Below are positions 42,101 through 52,705 of a DNA stretch of 64,000 nucleotides, one piece after another (positions within the stretch are counted from its first letter, which is position 1; the number at the start of each line of letters is the position of its first letter). Under the pieces are notes generated by a model. That model was not told the DNA's origin. It searched no databases and worked only from the letters and a program-made list of their open reading frames with translations. The stretch is from Phoronis australis (lineage: Eukaryota > Animalia > Phoronida): contig NMRA01000169.1 in NCBI GenBank assembly GCA_002633005.1, forward strand, positions 651,595 to 715,594, in the 5' to 3' direction. The position numbers and the translations under genes are program-made.

Positions 42101-45100
42101 CTGATATCTTTTACAAAAATACCTTTAATATGTTTTGCGAGTTAATTTGGCATAGAAACAAAACTAAATGAGTAATCACAAATTCATAGCAGCGTTTTTG
42201 AAGTAAAGTGTGAAGTTTTCATTTAAAAAGGGTTTCATTGAAATCTACCAAGGGTTAATTTTGCTATGAATGTGCCTTCTTAAAAATAATTTTTACTTAA
42301 AAAAGATGTTAATATAATAATAATAAAGGGAAACAAATATAAAACACATTTTTATAATCTCTAACCTTTTTATAAAACACATTTTTATAATCTCTAACCC
42401 TTTTTCCGTATATACTTTTGCTTGGTGACATAGCCTGTTTTTTATTTATGTGTTAAAATGAAGATCACTAAATAAGGTTTGAGATAACCATAAGACAAAG
42501 GCTTACTAAAAGAATAATGAAGAGGCCATGACTTGGAACTTGACAAGCAAGCTGTACTTAATCAGCAGGAACCATATTTTAATTACTTAAAAGACTTCAC
42601 GTTTCAAAATTTGCCAACTCACCTGGTCTGGTTGCTGCAAAGACATGCATTTTCTAGCCACCATGATGCCACTAGATTTCAATAAGCTCCTGTACTCTTC
42701 ATCATTGAGGACCTCACCATCACCACCACCACCACCACCAGCACCAGGACCGTCATTGACACTACTATCATCGGGGGAGACTCGAACAGGTGATGCTACT
42801 TGAGAGAAAGACTTCTGAATTGGGGTTGATGTCACACCTGAAACGAAATGCAAGGAATGAAAAATCAAGATAGAACCTTTAATGTATGAATGAATTATTA
42901 ATTACCATAATCATCCACTTTAATGCCAACATTTGATTGGACACCAATCCTCAGTTTTCTCTTTCAGACACCTATTTGTACAGTAGCTTTTACTTCCTGA
43001 AAAAGAAGAGTACAGACCTGATGTCTGTTGTGGTCAACTCATGAGAGCGCTGTTATCAATCAACAGGTTCTCTGAGAAAGATGTTTTCACATGTCTGTAT
43101 CATTTAAGAAAATGGACTTTTCTATTTGTTGTCATGCACTATATGTAGGAGGCACGTAGTGGTGTCATCCAGGAGCTTGCTCCCACGCACAGGAAAAGCT
43201 GGGGAAGACTCTACCAGGCGTTTAGGAGTTTCTCTTCACACTCAGTTCACACTACGTTACTGGCATGCCCTGTGATGTTCCTGTGTCGGTTTAGGTTACA
43301 GAAACCTCCTAAAATTTGAATGACGTGTCTGACGCCCAAACCAAGCTCAAGACGATTTTTGAACATATTGGGGAAATTCTCCTTGGTTTCTCTGTAGGAA
43401 ATTCCTTAGCAGTGTCTAGTTTCTGCATTCCGTGAGGCAGAATTTTAAGTTCCCGCGGACATAAATTATAGGAAACGATACATTATGCACAAGGCCAAAA
43501 AAGCACACTCTGGTTCAGGCCTGGTCCAGACTTACTTTGAAACCTGCGCTACGAAGGTGACATCTTGGTAATGGTGTGTAGAAGGAGAAGGTTACCAGCC
43601 TGATGAGTCAACATTGACCTACCTTTTGAGCTTTCCATGTCAGGGGCACTGTTGAAGTAGTGCGGGAGGTGAATACAGAAAAAACAATATCACATGGCCG
43701 TGTTGCACTTGACTGATTCAACACGGGATAAACACTGAATAGATACTGCATCAACTTTAAAAAAGTAACTGAACAAAACCAATTATACTATTTTTGGCCT
43801 TGAACCAGTGTTTTATTCCTTATTGCTAATAGTATATTTTCCTTGTCCTACAATGAAGAGAGCAATAACTTCAGGAATTCTCAATGTACCCAAGGCAAAA
43901 GGAATCCAAGAAACAATATTAGTATCGCAGAAAACCAATGTAGAAACACACAGCATCACAGTCCCAAAGCAGTGGCAGCCATTGGTCTCATGTGACAGCA
44001 GCTGTAACAATTAACTTTCTCATTGCAGAATCAATGTATATCATGGAAGGTCTTTCATTGACTAATTCTCTCACATTTCACATCTATTTTTTACTTCGTT
44101 CACAATCTTCAGCACAAGACAAATTTGTCATAATTGATCAACATTCAAAAGTACAGTTCATTCCTTCTTGTAAGTCCACTATTTCACAGAAGTCATGCGC
44201 TGACTATAATCAAAAACAATGTATCGAATACGTGAGAAAACGTTTAGTGGAAAATACATTGCAAAACAAAAATCTGTCCTGTCTTACCAAACTTGTCCAA
44301 ATTGCCACCAGTTCCTTGAACAGGTGTAGAACTCAGACTGGACTCAGTCACAGAATCAAGTCTCAACATGAGTTCACAGTCCATGGGTGTGTTTTTAAGA
44401 CTGTCCTCAGTGTAGACAGACACATCGTCGAGACAAAGCTCACCACCAACAGACACCTCCTGCTTCAATGAGAGGCTATCATTCTTCCCTTGATTGTCCC
44501 CGTCATTGTCGTCACCGACTGGACCCTGATGACAAATACATATTAGCTTAATATCATAACATCTATTCCGACTATAAATCCTGGGCAATGTCCAGAGGAC
44601 CTGCAGTCACGACAAAGGCGTGTGGGATCACATGCTTTACTTGAAATACATGGTAATATCTCGCAAAGTGTTGCGTGATCTTGCATTTTTGGGAGATTCT
44701 TCTGTAAACTCCCAAGCATTTCGTTCTCATCAGTTGCTGATGGTTTTGTTGGCAATGGAATTATGATCGTATCACGTTAAAGAATACAACAAGATTGACT
44801 TTATTAGAGTTTAAGGGCCAAACTTGATTTTCATTTATAGCCAGCTAAACAGGGCAAAATGTAGCAGGTCCCTTAACGAGAATTCAGAGAGTGTGATTTG
44901 GTGTTCACAACATGACTCAACGCCTAAGTGTTGCAAACAGGTGATGATAGGGCACTGTTGTATTACTTTGCTAATGAATGTCCACAGCACTTGTACTCAA
45001 ACAGGGCAGTTTCTTGTAACAAGAGAGACGGATTAGAGAATTCCTCTGGCATAGTAGCCACTGTAGAACATTTTGCAATCTGATTCAAAGTAAATGTACA

Positions 45101-47924
45101 ACATTGAATACCAGCAGTATGCTCCCACATAACTACTAGTAGTGTCACCAATAGTATCTTCAACAGAACAACAAATCTACCTAAAGCGTACATGTTCATT
45201 TACCTGCTTGCGCTTTCGTTTCCGAGGTAACAGTGAATAGGTGCCGAACTTCCGTCTCCTCCTAGTCTTCTGAGTACTGGATACTCGAGTGTCTGCTGAG
45301 GACACAGAAGCCTCTGATAGGGTCTCCAAAGAGTCACAAACACTATCTGCAGCATCTTTCAAGAGGGAGCAGGTGAGGTCACTCACCTACAACAAGCGCA
45401 ATCATAATTAAAGTCCTAATGCATCCACGAACAATTTCGCCTACCGTATTTGTCTCGGTTAGTGCCCATGGTGCTTAAACCAGGGGATGGGAGTTAACCC
45501 CAAACACAGGGGTGTAAAATTGAAGTTTCTCAGAAGTTAGTGTTGGTGCTTACCAGGACGTAGTCCAGCAGGTATCCATGGCATCCTAATGGACACCCTG
45601 ACTCAAATTTAGACATCCCTGCTACCCTGCTAGTACACCAGCTCTGGGAGCTCATTGCGTGTCCAAATAAAATTTCAAGAAAGCTGGTTAAGATGTGACC
45701 TAAGATATGAAGAACTTTATTACATAACCATGTCTCCACAGTAATGTAGCATACAATAAGAGCAATTCAACATTTTTCAAATGTGTGAAAACCAGCGATA
45801 TCGGATTGCAATAAGAAAAAGCATTTAAGGCTGATGAGAGCAAGGACAAACCTTATTTTGAGACAGAAAATAAGTTCCTGCTGGTTTGTTGAGTTTAAAC
45901 CATCTAAAGATAACAAACTAGTATGCTAAGTGACCTATCGCCAGCTCCGCCCCCTTGCGAAATAATCGACAAACAAACAATAAGTTTTACCTGACAACGT
46001 GTTGCTTGTCAGGTAAAATGTCGGCTTGGAAAAGAAGGTGTGTCAAGAATGCTGCGTTCGGATTGGTCAGTTAAGCTGTCACTCAAAATCCTGGCGATAG
46101 GTCAATTAACAGAAGAGAACCAGAATTCAATTCCTCATACAATGTTCTGGGAAAATAGTGTTACACGACAAATAAACATTTACAGCCCTGAACAGCTGTG
46201 ACCCAGGGAGCTGTATTGACATCAACTAGGTGGAAGAGTCAAATAAAACATTGGCCCAGTCAGTGTGAACAATGTCCTAAGGGGCTTAGTGTCTAAAATC
46301 GAGTGATCACCCATAGTAGATCAGCAGTGTATCTTTACATTTACCCTAAAGTGCTGTCCACACACACAGACCTACCCTAGAATAAGTTACTCCCGAACAC
46401 ACTATGGCTATGTTTAGGGATTGTCTGGATGCTACTTAAACTAGTGCAACTTGCCCTACTTGTGACAACTTACTCCACCTTATCGAGGTAGGTTAACTTG
46501 TTCTAGGGTAATTTGTGCCACTTCTAATCACTGTGCGGCTGCAAACCTGGGGCAAAGCAGAAGTAATTATCACATTTGCATCAGCTGTCCATAGTCCTGC
46601 AAAGAGTGACAACTTCCGACTTACCAGTTATTGCATATATAAGTGTGTGTCTGTGTGTGGTGTGTGTGTGTGCTTGCGTGTGTGTACGCTCTACTTAAAA
46701 GTGCAGGAAGGTGCACTAGTGCAAGTTCTTCTAGGGTAGGCTGTGTGTAGATGGAGCTTAACAAACATTACTCCTGCAATGATATGACCATCCACTGTTT
46801 AGACAGAAGCTTTCACCATGTTTGTACAACAATTTTACAATGAGAATCAGCCATGTCTCCTTCACGAAAGAGCAGAAAAAACAGATATTTCCCACTCGCG
46901 TAACGCAAGATTCCCTCAAAACTGACTGATCGGAACACGAAGGTACAGTAAAATGTCACCTATTTCAGGCAAAAATAATTTACCAAAAATTCCCCTTTTT
47001 CATTTTTCAAAGGCTCCTAACATTGTCGCGGTACAAAACTTGAACATGAAAAACATTAGATTTGGTACTACATATGTTTCAAGGAAAAGATGACAGAATA
47101 AAATTTCACCTGTCAGTCGGTCACTTCCTAAATTGTGAGATTTTACGAGAAACAAGCTGCGTTCCATTTACGAGGTATGATTTTAATGAGACCGTCGTTC
47201 ACAAAGACACGGGCAATTTTAAGGAAGCCTCAGTCGTATAATTTAGGGGTGGGCTGTAAGCCAGGCATGGGCACTTAAAACATTTAAAAAAGTTCGTGGT
47301 GGTTGAAAAACAAAGCATAGACATTCAAGTTTTCCAATGGGAGGAAGATCCCACCTTCCATAGCCATGTGCGGTGTTGGGCTCCGCATTTGTTGGGACTG
47401 TTCATCACCACGCCCCTTTCGAAACCCAGGGGAACACTAGTTTAGTTTGGGGTTAATAGTGCTTGTATCTCTAAGACACTTACCGGTGACCTTCGTGACA
47501 TCTTAGGAGCTTTATCCATGTGGCTCTTCTCCCTCTCTTGCCCCAACTCTGACTTGCTGGTGTCCGCCGAATCTGACTTTCTGCTACTATTACCTTCTTT
47601 GTGCCCCACACCATCATTACAGGCTGGAGCATTGTCACTCAACAGACTGCGCCGCGTTACCATACCAACAGCCTGTTGCTTAGAGATGTGCTGTTTCACT
47701 GGAGTGATGCTCATCTTGGCACGTGGCTCCCCCTGTGGGAGAGCTGTGGTCAATGTTAGCTCTTTCCCTTGGACGGCCTGTTGTCTGGATCTGGTTTTAA
47801 CAAAAACTTTCTCATTCTGACTGACATCCTGCGAGTGTGACGATGTGCTTCCCTCATTTTTTATCTGTTGTCGACGCAAGTGTCTGGTACCAACCACGTC
47901 AGTATTTGTAGTACTATCAGCCAT
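20060..47924 (-). CDS. EHMT1: Histone-lysine N-methyltransferase EHMT1/EHMT2 (GLP/G9a) homolog, ~1395 aa: low-complexity N-terminus, Cys-rich domain, ankyrin repeats, pre-SET/SET/post-SET
   Basis: 26 phase-consistent exons: 47924-47484, 45386-45204, 44525-44288, 42837-42623, 41266-41227, 40247-40176, 39479-39432, 38288-37723, 37437-37309, 36063-35920, 35402-35179, 34132-33944, 32957-32848, 32409-32303, 31727-31605, 29329-29228, 28440-28336, 27907-27792, 26160-26122, 25421-25358, 24875-24772, 24132-23988, 23455-23175, 22989-22911, 21192-21017, 20207-20060 (4188 nt). Diagnostic motifs: [157 protein letters not shown]. The small N-terminal exons are less certain. The symbol denotes the invertebrate EHMT1/2 pro-ortholog. 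Confidence 0.95.
20543..20954. mobile_element. PIF/Harbinger-like MITE in the last EHMT intron
   Basis: TIR TGCCCGGTTGCATGAAACAGTCCC / GGGACCGTTTCATGCAACCGGGCA (1 mismatch); flanks ATG/CTG. Confidence 0.85.
21745..21970. repeat. Dispersed repeat, second copy at 34786-35068
   Basis: CCTCC.CAGAC.AACA...AGCTCACC..CAACGC.TTCTATA...CAGACA.CCTAG ... GATATTAGT..ACTGAGG shared. Confidence 0.65.
22285..22801. mobile_element. TTAA-bounded (Kolobok-like) MITE carrying an internal 45-bp minisatellite
   Basis: TTAATATGTAGGGTCTT ... CAGGACCCTACATAACCTTAA. Confidence 0.55.
22557..22737. repeat. 45-bp minisatellite x4
   Basis: TAGAGCATTATAAGTTTCACATGAATCCAGTCCATTCAGCCATTT; explains the repetitive spurious ORFs 22479-22775 and 22523-22747. 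Confidence 0.9.
25358..32957 (-). CDS. EHMT1: EHMT ankyrin-repeat exons
   Basis: [48 protein letters not shown] repeats across eight exons. Confidence 0.93.
30164..31590. mobile_element. Non-autonomous Tc1/mariner-superfamily (pogo-like) element, 1.4 kb, TA TSD
   Basis: TA|CCGTATTCGCCCTAATAAGTGCCCA ... TGGGCACTTATTACGGTGAATACGG|TA; no transposase ORF recognised. Confidence 0.85.
34786..35068. repeat. Dispersed repeat, copy of 21745-21970
   Basis: Colinear similarity as above. Confidence 0.65.
35776..35852. repeat. CT-rich simple repeat
   Basis: (CT)n/(CCCT)n tract. Confidence 0.8.
36657..36826. repeat. Perfect 28-bp minisatellite x6
   Basis: CATCACAATAATTATGAAAATGTTAAGA repeated without mismatch. 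Confidence 0.95.
38485..38739. mobile_element. Degenerate Harbinger-like MITE
   Basis: GGGACCCGTTCCAAGAAAAACTGACTAA versus TTAAGCCAGTTTCTTGAAACAGGCCC, TAG flanks. Confidence 0.6.
41614..42283. mobile_element. Degenerate Kolobok-like MITE; inverted partial copy at ~5690-5830
   Basis: AAAGGGACACACTC ... GAATGTGCCTTCTTAA; TTTTGCGAGTTAATTTGGCATAGAAAC matches the reverse complement of 5731-5756. Confidence 0.5.
45931..46104. mobile_element. Small palindromic MITE
   Basis: Perfect 14-bp TIR TGACCTATCGCCAG / CTGGCGATAGGTCA plus an internal 13-bp inverted repeat TTTTACCTGACAA / TTGTCAGGTAAAA. Confidence 0.75.
46349..46760. mobile_element. MITE (TWA-flanked, Harbinger-like); second copy at 8815-9166
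   Basis: TIR ...CACACAGACCTACCCTAGAA / TTCTAGGGTAGGCTGTGTG...; internal ACTCCACCTTAT.GAGGTAGG and GCCACTTCTAA.CACTGTG shared with 8815-9166. Confidence 0.75.
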
Positions 47925-48719
47925 ATTTCTTAATTTGAAGCTTTAATCTGAACGAACAAGAAAATCACATAAACGGATATCCAGAAGTTACGAAAACCAA
48001 ACTTACGAATGTATACTTTCTGAAAAGCAAGTGTTTTTTAAAAATATAGTAATGTATCAATATATAACACAAATTTTCAGTAGAAAATTATTTTTATCAA
48101 ACATATACAAACCATATATGCCGATATGAGGTGGTCAAACAAAGTCAGTGTCACTACAAGTTTAACACCTAAAAACACTAACCTTATCATATCTTATCTA
48201 ATCTAAATTTAATTCACGTACTATCCAATTTAATCAAACTAAGACAACTGTAAAAAGAAAGCAATGCGGATAAAATGCAGTAATTAGGTGTTTAAATCTA
48301 TTTACAGACCTAGCAACTACAAAAAGAAACAAAAGACAGCTGTAGAGACTAGTCTGACAATATCAGAGTTTAAATTGACTATTTTTATTTTTAGATATTA
48401 AGCAGTGCTTATAAAAATAAAGCAATTGGCTTTCAAATTTGATACAATATTTCGATGCTCATACATATTGCACTATGCGGATATTCAAAATTTACTGATT
48501 TGCAACTAACTTATGTTGCAAGGCCATTAATTATAATTAAAACAATAATGCAGAAAAACAGAAAAAAAACAAATTATCAGCAAACCAAGAAAATGCATAC
48601 ACCTTTATCTAATTTTCGAGCTCTTGGAATTGGTAGTCTTTCAGGAAACTCCAATTTTCAAAATGCTTTTATGGCGAAAACAAATATTTTCATCCTTAAT
48701 CCTGCAAATTGGACAAAAG

Positions 48720-49700
48720 GGTGCGGGAGTGTCGCGCGCCATCTTGTGAGAAACATATTGAACTGGTTTGACAGCGTAGTTTCAGCCCATCAAACGCAAC
48801 AATGTGCAAAAAGAAAACATTTGTAGTTCCGCTTAAAGTAAAAATATATTCCAGCCACTTTCTCTGACCACAAATTGCAACAGAACCTGAAACATGAGCC
48901 GTCAACAAGCCAACAACGAACAACAAAAACATGGCCGCCGCCGTGCAGCCCCGATGGCACATTTTCCGGGTTCAACTTATTGCAAGATTATTGAAAAAAC
49001 ACAATATATGAAGAAAAGGCCTGTACTACATAAATGTGCACTGCGGTGCTTTACGAGACTAAGCTGCAAGTACACGGAATTCGGCCAGATAAGACATGAT
49101 TCCGAAAACGAACCTACCACATTTATTGCTCTTTGGAGCTCCTACTGCGCATGCGCAATGTGATCAACTGTGCTATCTGCGGCTTTTGTTGCGCGACTTT
49201 GTCCGTCGAGTCTCCCAATCGTCTTTTCTCTCGTTTACAATGGCGATGTAGTTTATGTCCAAGAGGACATTTTTTGGCATTGTTTTGTACTAACCATGCA
49301 ATGCTATGCAATCACGGTTTAGATAGACAGTCCTCGTTGAAACCGGGGGCGCATCCGTCAGTCGGTGACGCCGTTAGGCCGGGGGTCATGTGTCTTAAGT
49401 GCCCGCACAATGCGTATCTGATAAATGGGCGGAATTGTCTAACTGAAGCATGCGCTTATTGATTTTTACTAAAATTCATCGTCAGTGCAGTAAACGTGCT
49501 CAATAAGAAAATCGTTTGCACTGGGTGTCATCAGCACGACGGCTTAGTGCCGAGTAAGTTACGGCCGCGCCCGTAGTCGGCACTACTCGGCGGACTCAGT
49601 GGACCAGGCCCGGCTCGGGGGTGGCGTGGGCCGGGGCCTGCATAGCCGCGTGGCCCACTTTCTCGCCTGGGATGAGTTTCTTGCTTGACTGATATGCTTC
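48720..49700. promoter_or_regulatory. CpG-rich promoter of EHMT, with a perfect NRF1 palindrome and YY1-like motifs
   Basis: TGCGCATGCGCA at 49146-49157; CGCCATCTT at ~48737 and AACATGGCCGCC at ~48928; local CpG/GC enrichment. Candidate minus-strand UTR-exon donor TG|gtaggt at ~49117; acceptor at 47948 upstream of the ATG. Confidence 0.6.
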
Positions 49701-50208
49701 GGATAACGAGTCTTTAAGTTTCACTTATGCACTATGAAACACTGATAACTGATCTCATCAGTGAGATCAAATTGGCTGACGGCTGCCTTGCAGTTGACGC
49801 CAGCAGCCGGCGGCCGTTGGAGAAATGAAATCAAGAACACCGGTACGCAAATTTAATCTTCTACATACTAATGAAAAGCTCATGATGAAATCACTAATAA
49901 TATAAGTTGGCGAACCTTTGGGGTGAACTTTAAATATCATATTTACGAAAAATAAAATTAAGAACTTGAAAAAAAATACTCAATAATTAAGTCATTATTT
50001 TGTTAAGATACCTTCCAATGAAGCAAATTTACGAATAAAACAGAAAAGCTGAGATTTTACGCTAGCTATAATACGGTTTTCAACAATCACGTTTTCCCAA
50101 TGCCCGCTCTCCGAACTAAACTCACGGCAGACAAAAATAGTGCAACAGTACCTTAATTTTTTCGTATACATACTTGAATTGCATGTTAATTCAACTCTCT
50201 AGATCCAG

Positions 50209-50609
50209 GGCCCGGTCTCTAATCTTTGTACTCGAAATGAACTTGAAACTATTTTTGTCAATTTCTCTGCTCCTTTTGTGCGAACTTAAGATAATTGGTT
50301 ATCAGACTGTGCTCGAATACATTATAGTTTATGCATAGGAGTTTCTAGTTCAAGTTTGCCCTTGAAGACCCTTATATTCGTGATACAAACTCGAGTAAAA
50401 ACTCGAAATTTCTAGTTCAAACTCGAACTTATTGCTTTAATATTGGGTTTACAAACTGTGAACTAAGGGCAATAAATTATCTACGTAAGTTATTGTGTAC
50501 TCGAGCATAGAATAATAGACACTTATCTTGAGTTCACCCAAAAGTAGAGTAGAAAATGCCAAACCTAATTTCGATTTCCATTTTGAGTAAAAAGATTGGA
50601 GACCGGGCC
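50209..50609. mobile_element. PIF/Harbinger-like MITE, CAG TSD
   Basis: ~31-bp TIR GGCCCGGTCTCTAATCTTTGTACTCGAAATG / CATTTTGAGTAAAAAGATTGGAGACCGGGCC; CAG flanks both ends. Confidence 0.85.
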
Positions 50610-52329
50610 CAGGTCGCGAGGCGGGCTTTTGGCGGTAAGCATACTCTCATAATGTATGCATTACCCTTTATTCCGCTTTCACCGACTCGGCTAGGTGTAG
50701 ATCAGCACTGAGCGGAAAACGAAGTGTGCTTGGTGGTTACAAGAACTGAAAGTTACCAGGATCAAGTGAAATAAAAAATGAAACTCCACGGTATGTAAAA
50801 TATGCGGAGAAAAGGTCGAAATTGCATCAGACTACCCAACCTTGACAGAACTTTTAAGGTAAATACACGTTTGTTTAAGTGTCCTAATCGTTTTCTGTGA
50901 CCTGGAGTCCGCAGGCTTACGCCCAGCCTGGCACTGGCGTCGGGATCGAATGAGTGTCATACTTGGGATGGGCACGGTAACATCTCCCCAATTAGGACAC
51001 AATTAAAGGCAGACAAGAGAATTTTCTCGTTTTCCTAAAAGATATGTAGCACCAAGCTCTGCACATATGCAGCAACCATCAGACAATATTTTGAAAAATT
51101 GTGGACATTCAAAGCAGTACTACAATTCATTGAAAAATGAAGAAAGAGCAATTTTTGAAAATTATAATTGTTCCAAACGGATGAAAGTTTTACCGTGAAG
51201 GCTGGTCTGAATTGCGTACAGAAGCAATAAATTCCATAAGGACCTTTAGTTCAAAGCTATCAGTCCGCAAATGCCCTATGTTCAAATTAGACAACAGTGA
51301 CCATTGGTGCGGATGTAGTCTGACGAATTTATGGCTCCAACTCATTTGTAACGCCTTTGACGCGGGTTTCTAACCAACTATAAGATACACGCGTCGAAAC
51401 CGAAACCACAACCCGGCTACTTGTCATAACACGTGATCACTGCTCTTTTACTCTTAACGCTGCATTACGCTTTTAAGTGAAAGTATACTGAACACCAGAA
51501 AACAAAACCATGCAGTTTAGACTTTTGGCTGTAAATAAAGTAAGTCCTTTTTGATGTTCTTTGATCAGTAATCCTTACATTAGTTAACCCTGTTTTGATG
51601 ATTTCAACCAATCCTGGTCATGTCACCTATTAATGCATCATTGGCATAAATAACGGCAGGAATCGGCTAACAACTCAAACTCCCTATCTCACAAATTGGA
51701 TATTACGGTCCTTGATGGGTGGTCTTTTCCCACAGTTGGCGTGTAATTCGCTTTAAGTGTAGGCCAAGCTTGCCCATTTAGCAGACTTTAAAGGAGTTTT
51801 TAATTTTTCCTTCAAGCTTTTGAGGTTGTCGAGGGTTACAGAGCATTATTTTGTTTCAGAAAGTCGGGACAAACGTCTCCAACAGCCATATGATCCTCCT
51901 CGATTGTATGCAGTCCGTGTGTGATCAGATTCCTTCTGTTCTTCCAAGTGAATTAGAAAATGTGTCATCACAGACAAAGCTATTGACACTTCATTGCCAA
52001 ATTTCACCGCTTGGGGGACACTGAAGGCCCAGAGGCACGAAGCTCCCAGGTGCACCATTCGCCCCATAAACTATCAATATCGTACACCATCGTGCTTGTT
52101 TTCCCACGAGTGCATTTTCTGCAGCAAAACTGAAACCAAGTATAGCAGCCATCTTCACAAGGAAAGGTAATAATAGCTGAGCTAAGATGAATTAACGTAT
52201 CAAGTGACGTCTTTCAATATTTCAATTTTCACTTCATTTCTCGACAAGCGTGTGAGGTATATCGTTTTGTTGTAGGTTGCCCATTATCAAGCCGAGAACT
52301 GTCACAGATTCACGTTCCTTGTTAAATCC

Positions 52330-52700
52330 GGATTATTCTAAAAACCCGGCCCTCGATCCGCACGCCACTGACGACCCCCTCGACCCACGACCTCCTCGAC
52401 CCAGTTTAAACAAGCTCGATTCGATCTGAACATAAAACAAGCGCTGACTAACAGGACCATCTAGTCTGACCGTGAGCTCGGCTGGCTTCCCCCTGAATTT
52501 TTGCAATTAAGAGAGTCGATTTGGCAGTAAAAACGCGACCAAATCATATCAAAGACCTACCAACGTTACAAATGTCGTTCCCGCAGAGTGTAATCGTATC
52601 GTCTGCTCTTCAGTTTATGGAAGATTCAAGTTTTTTGGGAGAGTGTGAGGAACCCACGAAATTGTAATTTCGTCAGTAAATACATTTTGAAAAACAAACT
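52330..52700. mobile_element. Left part of a non-autonomous repeat that hosts the Kolobok insertion; same family as 13742-14130
   Basis: Shared blocks ACAAGCTCGA.TCGATCTGAACATA, AGCGCTGACT, AAATGTCGTTCC, AGATTCAAG, GTAAATACA; subterminal (GACCCAC/CCCC) repeats. Confidence 0.7.
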
Positions 52701-52705
52701 GTTAA

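Noticed and set aside
43595-43625. CTGATGA followed by a GTCAA/TTGAC stem
   Set aside because: The required GAAA does not follow the stem.
43992-44471. 159-aa plus-strand ORF
   Set aside because: Antisense shadow of an EHMT exon plus intron, non-ATG start, no motifs.
44660-44745. Hammerhead-like CTGATGA-GAAC-GAAA on the minus strand with a downstream stem
   Set aside because: Stem II is only 1 bp with a 2-nt loop, there is no UH cleavage site after stem III, and no stem I.
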